A stretch of 64,000 bases of DNA from the human T2T-CHM13v2.0 reference genome, Homo sapiens (GCF_009914755.1 NC_060942.1); one strand, 5' to 3'. Shown: positions 1 through 15,221, counted from the stretch's first letter. Translations and numbers: made by a program. The notes: generated by a model from the letters alone, not told the origin.

Positions 1-1554
1 CCCCAATGGTAAGCAGGAGGCTCCTGAGCCTTTTACAATACTACACAATTGTTGCTGCAGTGATATTAACTCCTAAAATATCTGAACTCCTGTTTCCTCT
101 ACTCCAAAATGTAAGTTTCTTTTTAATTCAGAAATTTTTAATAAAGTGTTTTACAAAGAGTTTCTGCTTGCACTTTTACTTCTTTTACCTTTTGACTGCT
201 TTCAACATTATTTTGCAAATCAGGCCATCTTTCCTGAAGAAAAAGATTTACAGGAGACCCTTCCCCATCAGGTCCCTTCCTTTGTCCTGATACAGGACGA
301 AGAATACTCTCACATCAGACAAAAGGACATAAAGAGTTTTCCCATTATTTTGACAAGCAAATTCTACCTATAGCTAAGAATCCTCATTAGTAACTCAGGC
401 AAAACAACAAGTCAAAAAGTCCCCAGAAATTTAATACTCATTTTCCAACACCCAACCTAAAACAACTGCCATCCATCACAATAATACAGCCTTTAGTCAC
501 ATGGCAGAAGTACTCACGCACATATTATCATCTAATAGCATGCGGGACATGATATATTTCTTAAACTGCTTTTAACCAATGTAATAAATGATCTCACTAG
601 CTTAATTTACTTTAAGTCATCTACTTCGTTAAAATATTTAGTATGTCCATCAAGGAAGAATTCATCATATCTTACCCTTCACAATTATGAGTAATTAAGC
701 GCTCAACTATGAAACTGCTAAATTATTTTTGTCAGTGGGCATGGAAATGCCTTCCTGTGGGAGATGCAGAATTCAGACATTTATGATTAAATATTTTATT
801 AAGTAAAAACCAATACTATTACAGGGCCTTACTGTTAGTTACTACAAATTGCTCACAGCATTGGACAGATCCTTCAAATTTATTCACTAATATTAATACA
901 AATTTATTTCTTAAAGCTGCTCTTGAAATACAACTATTAGGAAACCTGGCAAAGCCATTCTGTTGGCTTTAAAGACCTAGAGCTGACAGCAATGAGTTAC
1001 TAACGGGTGACTTATCTATCTCTTCTCCTGTCACCCCACCCCCAAGCCCACTTATTTGCTACTCTACCACGGAACTAGAATTCTTTATGCAACAGACCTC
1101 AAAATTGCTTTCCACTTATATAGCCTAAACTGAAAACTCATTTGATTTAGCTTTGTTAATATTTTATCATATATTAACTGGGGATAAGACTTATCAGCTT
1201 GATTGATGTGTGTACTTAATTCCCAGGCAGTACTTTAGTGCCTTCCCTGGAAGAGGTGAAACTGTGGGTTCCTCTACACTTCTCTAAATGGGAACTGGTT
1301 CTACACTAGGCTGGAGAAGTGTTATACATCTCTCAGGGAAGCAGTTCTTCCTTCTACTGTTCTTCTCTGCATAGCATAAGCTTTACTGAATCTTTGAAGA
1401 GCCAAGGCATATTGAGGATGGACTGAAAAGTAACTGTTTTCTAGGACACAGATTAAAAGATCTTTTATAGTTAAACATTTTTAAAAATATCAGAGCCACC
1501 CCAATACTTGGAGTATTTTTATACTTACTAGACAGGGCAACAAAAGGTTGGCTG

Positions 1555-1912
1555 TGACTATGGCTTGTCCCCCCAAAATTTATCTGTTGGGAAATTAATT
1601 CCCAATGCAACAGTGTTGAGACGGGGGCCTTTAAGCGGTGACTAGGTCATGAGAGCTCCACCGTTAATGAAGAAATAGGTTAGTTATTGCAGAAGTGGGT
1701 TCCTGATCAAAAGGATGAGTTTGGCCCCCTTCCCTCTCTTGTGTGCGTGCTCTCTTGACCTTCTGCCTTCTACCACAGGATGATGCAGCAAAAGGCCTTC
1801 ACCCAGTGCAGGCCCTTCAACCTTGAACTTCCTAGCCTCCACAACTATAAGAAATAACTCTGTTCTTTATAAATTACCTAGTCTCAGGTATTGTTATAGC
1901 AGCACAAAATGT
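1555..1912 (+). mobile_element. MaLR solo LTR (MST/MLT1A-like)
   Basis: Typical MaLR LTR text: cccaatgcaacagtgttgag...gggcctttaag...ttataaattaccta gtctcaggtattgttatagcagca. Confidence 0.75.
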
Positions 1913-1992
1913 AAAAAGATAGTTGTTTTTAATACAGAGATAATATGTCAGCAGAAAATCTGAAAATTTTGTCTAACTATAAGCCTATTGGA

Positions 1993-2103
1993 GGCCAGGC
2001 ACAGTGGCTCATGCCTGTAATCCCAGCACTTTGGGAGACCAAGATGGGAGGCTCACTTGAGGCCAGGATTCCAGACCAGCCAGAGAGACTCCATCTCTAA
2101 AAA
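1993..2103 (+). mobile_element. Alu left-arm monomer (FLAM-like)
   Basis: ggccaggcacagtggctcatgcctgtaatcccagcactttggga...tctctaaaaa with no right arm. Confidence 0.8.
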
Positions 2104-2494
2104 TAATATATATGTAATTATTATAAGAAATAATTATGCAACTTGCTTTATTGTGATACTTATTTTATTGCAGTGGTCTGCAACCAACTCCAAAATATCT
2201 CATAGACATGCCTGTATTTGGAAGAATACTAGATTGGTTTTTGGGTTCTGGGTTTTTGCTTCTGCAATAAAGCAAGTCACATAATTATTTCTTACAATTA
2301 TAATAATTACATATATATAATTATATTTTAAAGGCACAAAGAAGGCCTAATTCAAAAATTTCTGGCTATAAATTCCATGTAGGTGAATAAACAAAGTGTA
2401 AAAAATCCTAGCCCAGGGAGCAGGGCTACCATATAAAAATCTCAGGCAGAGCAGCGAGAGAAAGCTGAAGGAGTGATTTAAATTTAGAGCCACA

Positions 2495-3032
2495 CAATTC
2501 CTCAAAGCCCTAGAACCAGAAATACCATCTGACCCAGTAATCCCATTAGATTACCCAAAGGAATATAGATCATTCTATTATAAAGATACATGCATGCATA
2601 TGTTCACTGCAGCATTAGTCACAAAAGAAAAGACATGAAATCAACCCAAATGCCCGTCAGTGATAGACTGGAGAAAGAAAATGTGGTACACATACACCAT
2701 GGAATACTATGCGGCAATAAAAAGGAATTAGGTCATGCCCTTTGCAGGGACACGGATGGAGCTAGAAGCCATTACCCTCAGCAAACCAAACACTACATGT
2801 TCTCACTTATAAGTGGGAGCCGAGCAATGAGAAGACATGGACACAGGGAGGAGAACAACACAGACTCCGGCCTGTTGGGACTGCAGGGGAGGGAGACCAT
2901 CAGGAAAAATAGCTAATGCCTACCGGGCTTAATACCTAGGTGATGGGTTGATAGGTGCAGCAAATCTTCATGGCACACGTTTACCTATGTAACAACTCTG
3001 CACATCCTGTACTTGTACCCCGGAATTTAAAA
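2495..3032 (+). mobile_element. 5'-truncated L1PA 3' end
   Basis: L1 ORF2 end and 3'UTR text; 16-bp TSD taaatttagagccaca at 2479-2494 and 3033-3048. Confidence 0.9.
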
Positions 3033-3199
3033 TAAATTTAGAGCCACAGAATATTACTGAAAGAGACCCAAAGGAACATCAAGTCCAACATGCCCCATTT
3101 TACAGATGAGATCATCTGAGATGCTGGCACCAATCAAGGAGAGCTAGAACCAGTGCTGGAAGCTGGAACCTGAAAACCAATCTGGGATTCTTCCAAATA

Positions 3200-5466
3200 C
3201 AGGGATATCTATGAGATATTTTGGATTCAGCTGCAGACCATTGCAATACAGCAAGTATCGCAATAAAGCGAGTCACATAAATTTTGGTTTTCCATAGTCT
3301 ATTAAGTGTGCAACAGCATTGTGTCTAAAAAAAAGTATGTGTGTTAATTTAAAAATACTTTATTGCTGAAAAATGCTAACAATCATCTGAGCCTTCAGGG
3401 AGTCATAATCTTTTTGTGGGCAGAAGGCCTTGCCTCGATGTTGATGGCTGCTGACGGATCAGGGTGGTAGTCACTGAAGGTTGAGTCACTGTGGCAATGC
3501 CTCAAAATAAGACAACAATGAAGCTTGCTGCATCAATTTAATCTTCCTTTCATGAAAGAATTCTCTGTAGTATGTGATGTTGTTTCACAGTATTCACAAC
3601 AGAAACTCTTTCAAAATTGTGAATCAATCCTCTCAAGCCCTTCTGCTGCTTTATCAGTTAAGTTTATGTAATATTATAAATCTTCTGTTGTTATTTCAAC
3701 AACGTTCGAAGCATCTTCACCAGGAGTAGATTCCATCTCAAGAAACCACTTTCTTTGTTCATCCAAAAGAAGCAACTTCTCATCCATTCAAGTTTTATCA
3801 TGAGATCGCAGCGATTCAGTAACATCTTCAGGCACTACTTCTAATTCTAGTTGTTTTGCTATTTCCACCACATCTGCAGTTACTTCCTTCACTGAAGTCT
3901 TGAACCCCTCAAAGTCATCCATGAGGGTTAAAATCAACTTCTTCCAAACTCCTGTTGATGTTGACATTTTGACCTTTCATGAACCACAAATGTTCTTAAT
4001 GGCATCTAGAATGTTGAATCCTTTCCAGAAGGTTTTCAATTTTCTTTGCCTAGATCCACCAGAGGAAATCATTGTCTATGGCAGCTATGGCCTTACAAAA
4101 TATATTTTTTAAATAGTAAGACTTGAAAGTCAAAACGACTCCCTGATCCATGGGTGGCAGAATGGGTGTTGTGTTAACAGGCATGAGAACAACATTGATC
4201 TCCTGGTACATCTCCAGCGGAGCTCTTGGGTGACCAGTTGCTTTGTCCATGAGCAGTAATATTCTGATGGGAATCTATTTTTCTGACCTGTAAGTCTCAA
4301 TAGTGTCTTGGAACATTCAATAAACCATGCTGTAAACAGATGTGCTGCCATTCAGGCTTTGTTATTCCATTTATAGAGCACAGGTTTGAACTTAAAGTCA
4401 CCAGCTGCATTAGCCCCTAACAAGATAGACTGCCCGTCCTTTGAAGCTTTGAAGCCAGGCACTGACTTTTCCTCTCTAGCAATGAAAGTCCTAGGTGGCA
4501 TCTTTTTCCAATGTAAGACTGTTTCATCTACACTGAAAATCTGTTGTTTAGTGTAGACGCCTTCATCAATGATCTTAGCTAGATCTCTGGATAACATGCT
4601 GTAGCTTCTACATCAGCACTTGCTGCTTCATCTTGCACTTTAATGCAAGTTTATGGAGACAGCTTCTTTCCTTAAACTTCATGAACCATCCTCTGCTAGC
4701 TTCAAACTTTTCTTCTGTAGCTTCCTCATCTCTCTTAGTCTTCAAAGAACTGAAGAGTTAGGGCTTTGTCTTAAGGGAATTTTGTGGCTGGTTTGAGCTT
4801 CTATCCAGACCACAAAAGTTTCTCCGTATTAGTGATAAGGCTGTTTTGCTTTCTTATCATTTGTGTGCTCACTGGAGTAGCACTTTTAATTTCCTTCAAG
4901 AACTTTCCTTTGCATTCAAAACTTGGCTATTTGGCACGAGAGACCTAGCTTTCAGCCTATCTCGGCTTTCGACATGCCTTACTTGCCTTACTCATTTCTA
5001 GCTTTTGATTTTAAGTAAGAGATGTATGATTCTTCCTTTCACTTAAACACTCAGGGGCCACTGTAGGGTTATCAATTGGCCTAATCTGAGCATCATTGTG
5101 TCTCAGGGAATAGGGAGGCCAGAGGAGAGGAGAGAGTTAGAACAGCTGGCTGGTGAAGCGGTCAGAACACACACAACATTAAATTTGCCATCTTAACATG
5201 GGCATGGTTTGTGGCTGCCCAAAACAATTACAACAGTAACACCAAAGATCACTGATCACCACAACACATAATAATAATGAAAAGTTTGAAATATTGCCAA
5301 GAATTACCAAAATGTGACACAGAGACACAAAGTGAGCACATACTGTTGGAAATATGGTGCCGATGACTTGCTCAATGTAGGGTTACCACAAAATCAGTTT
5401 GTTAAAAAAAAAAAAAATGCAAGTGAAGCGCGATAATGCAAAGTGCAATAAAAAGAGGTATGCCTG
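3200..5466 (-). mobile_element. Near full-length Tigger1 DNA transposon (TcMar-Tigger), transposase disrupted
   Basis: TA|cagggatatct... left end and ...gaggtatgcctg right end; ORF fragments [36 protein letters not shown] and [22 protein letters not shown] of a pogo-type DDE transposase. Confidence 0.92.
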
Positions 5467-5569
5467 AACACGACGCTGTCTTTCTAAATAACCATTTCCC
5501 CTGAAGATGAAGCATGTGGAAATGAAATTATACTGCAGATTAAGTACTGGTCAAACACCTACCATATGT

Positions 5570-6460
5570 CCAACGTCAAACTGGTAAGTCCCTCTCACCC
5601 CACTCCCCAAAAGTGTTTCTTTCCCAATCTTTCCCATCTCTGTAATTTCTCCAGTTACTCAAGCCAGAACCCTATCAGTCATACTTGATTTCTCAATTTC
5701 TCCCACCACCTCCACATCCCTATTCACTAGGAAATCCAGTAATTTCCAATTTTGAACAAAAATTAAAATATCTCAAAATTGTCTTACTCTTTCACCTGAA
5801 CTGTAACAGCCTTACAACTGGTCTTCCTGCATTTTTCTCTTGACCTATTACTCCAATCCATTGTATAAGCAATAGCAGGAGTTTTGAAAAGTGCAAATAG
5901 ATGTGATCATGTCCCTCCCCTGCTCAAAATTCTTTAATAGCTTCTCATGGCAACCAGCATAAAATCCAAAGTCCTTAGCACAGTCTCGAAAGCCTTGCCC
6001 TATCTATCCCCAACCCCGCATCTCCACTCTCAAGTTACCTTTCCCATTATTGACTGAGCTCCTGCCACAATACTTTGTTCTCATTTCCTCAAAAAATGTC
6101 AAGCTCTTTCCTGCTTCAGCCCCCATATGGTGCCCCCTCCTCCTGAAATGGTTCCCCATACTTTTCACATAGATTTCTTCCACTCATTTGTCAGGTTTCA
6201 GCTTAAATGTCAGCAAATCAAAGAAGTCATTTTTAATCTCTCTTTAAATAAAGTGGACTTCCTCCTCACATTTGGTAACTATTTCAACCCCTTTTTTCCT
6301 TCATATCACTTGGCATGATTGGTAATCCTTATCCTATTGTGTTTGGTCTGTCTTCCTCACTAGAACAGTCTCCATAATGCCCATCAGTTGTACTCATCAC
6401 TGAATTCCCTACTTAAAAAAAATAAGGCCTGGTACCTTTTGCTAAATGTTTATTCAATAA
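5570..6460 (+). mobile_element. L2 remnants
   Basis: Degenerate L2 3' text (gatcatgtccctcccctgctcaaaatt...aaaatccaaagtcctta; aaatgtttattcaataaat). Confidence 0.55.
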
Positions 6461-6624
6461 ATTAAATCATGGATGAACCTCTGCATGCCTCAGTGTCCTG
6501 ACCTATGACAACTATTTTTATTCATAAATGTAGGAAGTATAGTAACTATACTAAAAATAAATAATGGCGAGTCACTTCACATTTGTGAGCTTCAGTTTCA
6601 AATGAAGCAGTAAACTAGTTCAGG

Positions 6625-6827
6625 GCTTTTCAGCACTATTTTAGGCCAGAAAATGCCTGCTGTGGGGGCTGACCTATGTATATAGGATGTTTAACAGCAT
6701 CCCTGGCCTCTACCCATCATGTGCCAGTACCACCACCCCTCTCCCTCAGTTATGACAACCAAAAATGTCTCCAAACCTTACCAAAATATTCCTTAGGGGG
6801 CAAAACTGTCCCTGATTGAGAACCGCT
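6625..6827 (-). mobile_element. MER20 (hAT-Charlie)
   Basis: agcatccctggcctctaccca...gacaaccaaaaatgtctcca...gggggcaaaact...ttgagaacc is the reverse complement of MER20. Confidence 0.8.
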
Positions 6828-7602
6828 AAACTAAAGTAATGCCAAAGTGTTAACATTCAACACACTTAAAAGTAATACCAATCAACTCAACAGACATAAA
6901 CTATCAAAAGTTCAAACTAAAACTAGTGAATCATGAAAAACACGAAAGGAAAATCCCACTAACATTTAATTAATTGAAACCCCAAAATACCTCCAATGTC
7001 ACACTGGCACAGTAATTCTCTTATTAATTACTGAAAAAAATGTAGTGAGTTTGTAAAGACTCAATGTTCCACATAAAATAAAAATCTACGAATACTACAC
7101 ATCCAAAGTGAAAGATGAAATGAAAAATTAAAATAGAAGATCTAAGACAACTTCAACACTGCTATTTCTAGTTATAATCAGAATTTAAAAAAAAAAAGTT
7201 TTGAAGTCTTTGGGATTAAAAACAAACATAGCTTACTGACCTAGTAAGAAATACTCAAAGTGGTAAAATACTGAAAGTTCTACCCCTGAATTTAGAAGTA
7301 AGATAAGGCTATCTACTATCACCATGTTTATTAGGAGTGCACTAGGAGTCCCAGACAGTGTAACATAGCAAGAAAAATAAAAAGAAATTTAACTCTAGAA
7401 GGAGACAATTAAAATTGTCATTATTGTCTACAATTGTCTATATAGAAAATGCAATCCAAAAGATTCTATTAATACAAAAATTTATTAGAATTAGCAAGTA
7501 AATGGAAGAAGACTGCTGGACAGAAGATTAACATACAAAAACCCAATTAGCTTTCTATGTATTAGCAATAAGCAAATAAATATGAAATTTAGCAAAATAC
7601 AA

Positions 7603-7905
<303 letters not shown>

Positions 7906-8720
7906 CAATTTACAATACCATCAAACAACATGAAAGACAAGAATTTAACAAAATGTCTAAGACCCACATTCTAAAAACTATAAAACACTGATGACAGCAA
8001 ATGTAAAAAAACAAAAACGAAACAAAAAAAAACTAAATAGAGATACATTTTATTTTCATAGACTGGAAGATATATTATTGTACAGATGTACATACTGTCC
8101 AAATCCATAGATTTAAGGAAGGATCAAACTCCCAGCAGGCTTTGTTTGTGACTTCAAAGTTGATTTCAAAATCTGTGTGGAAATCCAAAGGAGGTAGAAT
8201 AGCCGAGACAATCTTAAATAATAAAGTTGGAGGATGTACACTACCAGATATTTAGGCTTATTATGAAGCTACAATAATCAAGACAGTATGAATGGCAAAA
8301 GTATAGATAAAGAATCTAGTCACTTGATTTACGTCAAAAGCACAATTGCAAATCAATGGGGGAAGAATGGGTCTTTGCAATACGTGTTGCTGGAACAACT
8401 GAGTATACACAGATAAAAATGAACTTCTATTTCACACAATTCACAAAAATTAATTCAAAATAGATTCTACACCTAATTGCTAAAAGTAAAACAATAAAGC
8501 TTACAGAAGAAAACACAGGAAAATATCTTCATGACCTTGGGGTAAGCAAAGATTTCTTAAACAAAACAGAAGAAAATACTGACAAATTGAACTACATCAA
8601 AATTAAGAACCTGATCTTCTCATACTATTAAGAGAGTGAAAAGGCAAATCAAAGATAGGGATATCTGTGGTACATATATTCAACCAAAGTCTTGTAAGAC
8701 ATAACACATTAAGAACTCTA

Positions 8721-9062
<342 letters not shown>

Positions 9063-9180
9063 TCAGAAAACGTAAAAGATTTGAATGGGTGCATCACAAC
9101 AAAAGATATCCAAATGGCTAATAAGTATATGAAAAAGTTTCAACAGCATTACTCATCAGAGAAATACAAATTGAAACTGA

Positions 9181-9533
<353 letters not shown>

Positions 9534-11180
9534 CTACTATTAAATAGAGAATATAGAGCATTGGAACTCTCATTTGTAGCTAGCAAGAATGTATGTCTTG
9601 GTACAATCACTTTGGAAAACTGTTTGGCGATATTTACTAAAACTAAACAATTACCTATCGTACTATCTAGCAATTTCACTTCTAGATATGTACCCAAGAG
9701 AACTGAATGCACATGTCCCCCAAAAGACATATACAAGAATGTTCACAGCAGTTTTATTCATAACAGCCCAAACTGGAAGCAACCCATGTCCATTAACAGC
9801 AGAATGAATAAATAAATTGTGGAATATTCATATAATACACTACTACTATACAAAACAACAACAAAAACAAAGAAGCAAAATAAAAACCAAAGTACTGGTA
9901 CACGCAAAAACTTGGATAAATCTCAAAAGCAGACCAAAAAATGCTATAATTCTATGATTTCATTCATATGAAGATTAAGAAATGGCAATAATTATAGAAG
10001 TCAGAGCAGTGGTTATCCTGGGGAAGGAGTGGTAGTGACTGGGAAAGGGAGCCACCGAGGATGCTGAAAATGTTCTATATCTTGATCACCAAATGGGGGT
10101 TACATAGGTATATCTATGTGTAAAATTGTATTGAGTTGTATACTTAAAATCTGTATAACTTACAGTGCATGTTTACCTCAGTTTAGAAAAATCAGTAACA
10201 GAATATATTTTTATGGTTTGTTCACGTAAACAAATCATATTTAGAGTAGCAGGAGCTGCCTGCTAAATATATCCTCAAACTACAAAATAAGAGCAGTGAT
10301 TCTGATACTCAATTCTGTATCCTATGATTTTCAGATCTGCATATAAACTTCTCCTACATACACTAATGAAATGCTTTAAACATCTCAAGTTCTGAAGTCT
10401 TAAACAATTTCTCACCTCCAAAGTAGTATTTTAGAGTCTGGACTTTAATTAAGAACACTGCATAGCAGTCAACCCTTTCAAAAATGGGAAAAGCCCATAG
10501 ATATATTTCTAATTTGAGCCCTGCTGCTACACTGTTCTGGGATTCCTCATGCTCAGGGCTCTAAGTACTTAGGAAATATTCAGGAGTTAGCGTACAAATG
10601 CAGTACTGAGGCCATTACTGTCTGTTTGTCTTGTTCTTTCTTTCTTTTCTTCCCTTTACTAAGGATTTAATATACCAGAGTAATTAAACTTGTAATTTTT
10701 CCTTAAGAAGGAGATGGGGGAAAGCAAGCAATCCAACAGTCAACAAAGACTTCTTATAGTGGTAAGAAGCTCATCCTGAAAAATTAAAAAAAAAAATTCT
10801 GCACATCTCTAAGACTTTTGGAGGACTCTCAAACTCTACAGCAATTATGGGAAGAATGTTATTAACAAAACTTCAAATACATTATTCTTAAAAAGGCTTC
10901 ATCTATAAATTTAAACATGAAAGTTGTGATGCCATTTCTCTTCAGGTATAACGACATTTTAATAAGCTACTCTAGGAGATGGAGAGCAGTTTCTTAATAT
11001 AGGGAAAAAAGGCCTCAAACGTTTCCTAGGCTAAGTAATTCCATGTAGTTTTTTTCCCCAAAATTCCTTTGCCTGGCAACTATACTTCTGAAAAAAAAAA
11101 TCATAAAGAAAGCATAAATACTGCTCAACAAACATGTTCTCAGGAGTTTTTTAAAATGAATTTCAAAAACCTGGAATACC

Positions 11181-11556
<376 letters not shown>

Positions 11557-11949
11557 TTAGAATAATATTTAGGAACATGACAAAGCATGCACAATACATT
11601 AGGTTTTTAAAAAGCATGTTACTATATAGTATATACACATTATAAATTTTGTGTAAACATGTATGTGTATAGAAACAAAGAAACTGGCTATGTGCTAAAA
11701 TGTTAACTGTCGTTCTCTTTAGGTGGCAGCGTTACAGGTAATTTTTAGTTTATTCTTTCTTGAGCATTTAAACTTTTCCACGATGAGGATATATTAATTT
11801 TGTGATTAGATATTTTTAGTCTTGTTAATACTAAGTTCAGGTTGGATTATAAGTGACTTGTTTGTCTTCCTCCTAATAGTAATCATTGAGTTCAATTATA
11901 ATTGGTCCATTACTTAAATGCTCAAACTTTGGGTTTTTTTGTTTTTCGA

Positions 11950-12027
11950 GATGAGCCGAGATCACACCACTGCACTCCAGCCTGGATGACAGAGCGAGAC
12001 TTGGTCTCAAAAAAAAAAAAAAAAAAA
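11950..12027 (+). mobile_element. Alu 3' fragment
   Basis: gagccgagatcacaccactgcactccagcctgg followed by poly(A). Confidence 0.85.
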
Positions 12028-14092
12028 CCAACCACAATTCTCAATTCCGTTCAGGCATTTAAAAGATATTTGTAGAAAGGCTGTACTATGCGTTTTTGTG
12101 GGGTGCTATCCACTAAAAACACAGTAAATAAGATGCAGCATAATGTGAAGTTTGATGTATCTGCCTTGATGTAACATGCCTCTGAAGCCAGCATGCAATG
12201 GGCTTTAAAATCCAATGTTTATTGTCATTATCAGCCTAAACAGTAATTTAACTAATCGGTGGTTCATTTAAGATGTCTGTATTTGCCACATACAATCCAT
12301 ACAGCTGCAGTCATTGGTTGGAAGGCAGTCCCTGTGGAAACATCAATATGCAAAGAAAGGGAAGACCTAAAATCCTTCTGTTAACTCTCCATCCAGCTGT
12401 TAAGTGCATTTGTGAAATTAGAGTTGACCTATAAGTGCACTGTAATGTTTTAAGTTTATAAAAAATCAATATGGTTAGGAAAGTGTACTAATTAGACAGC
12501 ATCCGAGCAATTACAAAGTCAGTATTATGTCAACATACATTTTTATTTCCCTGAGTCTAGTATTCATTAAGACAGAGACCTCCCAATTTCCTATTAAATA
12601 TGTCCTTCCCAAATTGCCAGCTAAAATTAATCAATATCTTCTCCTTGAATTCTGTGGTTAAATAAATGAGTGAAAAGTAGTAGAAGTAAATTCAGAAAAA
12701 ATAATAGCAGATTCCGTTTCAAATGAAAACTGATATTGGTATAGTTGTAGAACTTACTTAAGGAGCAGATGGCATAGTCTCTCCCTCCTCAACCAAAGGC
12801 CAAAGTAGGATAATTGAAAAGGCAGGGGAAGCAAAAGTAATTTTAACACCATATACACTGAAGTACATCTCCAAGTGATCTGACGTTAACAGTGGATGTC
12901 CAGGAAATAATTACAGTAAATAGATACTGGGCAACTATAAAAAGTGAGTTTGCTCCTTTTAAACAAGAGCTTGACTATCACAGTGACTAGAGTCACAAAT
13001 AAAAGTGCATTAAGTAGTTGTGGTTTCCATTAACCAAGAATCTAAAATTAATGTGCACACACGGTAAACGGTGGCTGTTCTCAAACTGCTATTTCTGGCC
13101 ACATAGATTTTACATGAGGGCAGTCATTTTCAAGATGAACAGCAAACAATGTGCCCAAATGTGTGAACCTGGGTAGTGAGTTTTAGTTTCCTATAAACAT
13201 TCTATTTCTGTAGTATATACATGAAGAAATGAATTCTACATAATGTATAAGTTAGAATGGTTCTTACAGATCCTTGCACTGGTAAGAAAATTCTGGTTTG
13301 TTTTTTTTTTATAGCATTCTTGCAGTTAAATACAAAAACTTTACCAGGCTATTAAAGAAAAATTTTCTAAGCTAGTCCAATATGCAATATTTTGAACTAT
13401 ATACTTGACATACATCCAAAGGTAAATTATACTGTTTAATGGTTTGACAAGAAATAAAAGGCAAGACATGAAAAATTACAAAATCCAAAGAAAAGTCACA
13501 ATCTCATTCTACGGCAGATCTGCAGGTAAATTCTGATCCAATTTATCTTGGGAAGTACAAGAACAAGTATGCAGCCTTCCTTTTAGAAGTAGCAGCAAAA
13601 TAGTTCATTTAAGTGAAATGCACACATTAACTGAAGATTTATAATATCTTATATACTAGTTCTACTTCTACCCACAGCCACTGATGTCTCTCTGCTTGAA
13701 TATCCCATAGACCAAACCTAAACTCATCACCTCTTAAATCCCAAACCAAGGGTTCTCTCTTACTTGCTCAGGTTAGAAATCTCAATGTATCCTTGACTCA
13801 CTCTTCTACTTCACTGACTAAACTCAAAAGTAAGACATGCTGATGGTCTCTGAATCTGTTTTTCTTCATCTCCACTGCCACTATTCCAGTTCACCGTATC
13901 ATTACCACTCATCAAATAATTTATTTTAAAGTGTGGTCAAATGTGTCAACTCTTTTCCATAACCTGGATTCTCACTGGAGGTAGAATCGCATTTATTGTT
14001 TTTGGTGGATCAGCCTGGATACTGTTTTCCTTTGGAGATTAGCATAGTCAGTAGAGAATCATAGGAGTAATAATAAAAGATAAAACTGCTGC

Positions 14093-14356
14093 TCGGGCGT
14101 GCTGGCACACGCCTGTAATTCCAGCACTTTTGAGAGGCTGAGGTGGGCAGATTGCTTGAGCCCAAGAGTTGGAGACCTCCCTGAGTAACGTGGCGAAACC
14201 CCGTCTCTACTAAAAATACAAAAACTGAGATAGGAGGAGCACCTAAGTCTGAGCCTGGGGAGATCGAGGCTGTGGTGAGCCATGATGATGTCACTGCACT
14301 CCAGCCTGGGCGACAGAGTGAGATGCCATCTCAAAAACAAAATAAAAACAAAAAAC
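14093..14356 (+). mobile_element. AluJ
   Basis: Diverged dimeric Alu. Confidence 0.88.
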
Positions 14357-14543
14357 ATACTACTCACACAAAAAAGTCAAGATAGTAATACATATTATTT
14401 GATGCTGATCTTGAAGATGTCTATCCTAATGTACAATTTAGGTGGCCAGAAAGTAAAACACATAAACCCATTCATGACAATGACAAAAGGAAAGGAAGAA
14501 GGGAACTATTATGATCAGATGAAAAATAAATAGCTAGGTTTAC

Positions 14544-14628
14544 CGGAATGCTTGATTCAGAATTTGATAATGAAAATGTTCTGGTGCCAATCCCATGACC
14601 ACAGCATTAGGATCACTTGTTTGTATTC
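14544..14628 (-). CDS. HDHD2: HDHD2 coding exon (third coding exon)
   Basis: ttccgttcccAG acceptor, 85 nt encoding (G)[27 protein letters not shown](R), GTAAAC donor; phase 1 matches the preceding exon. Confidence 0.95.
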
Positions 14629-15221
14629 CTGGGAACGGAAAAAAAAAATGATTGTTGCAAATGCAATTAAAAGCAATGTCACATTTTAAAAAAGTAGTCT
14701 TAGTCAATCAAGTGCAAACTTTTGCTGTATCCATAATTTAAAATTTAATAGATTATCCTGCCCAGTGTACTTTGGAAGTATAAGAGAGTACACAGAAGGA
14801 GAGGGAGAGGGAGATGGGGGTTGGGAGGGAAAAAGAGAGAAAATCTAATATTTTTCCATATTCCTTGTGCACAGTCTTAAGGGTACTAAGTAACCAGAAG
14901 ATCTGAATTGAAAATTGTAACCTGATGTCCTCAAACAAATGACAATTTCTAACTTCAAAATGCTTTACTGATTACAATCAACAATAACTGCCATGAGTTC
15001 CCTATGAACTATCAGATCGATAGCAACTGATGAGGGACTGAGAATCTAAGAGGCAAGGGAAATTAGACTTTCTAATTGACACAACTGAGGTTAACACATT
15101 CATGATTAATATGAAATGCACTGCAGAGTCTACAGTTTTCTGCATAATGCCTTATCTACTTTTAGTTTCAGAAATATTATTTTAAAATTAAAGTATGTTT
15201 TAAGGCCTTGGCATCTTATAA

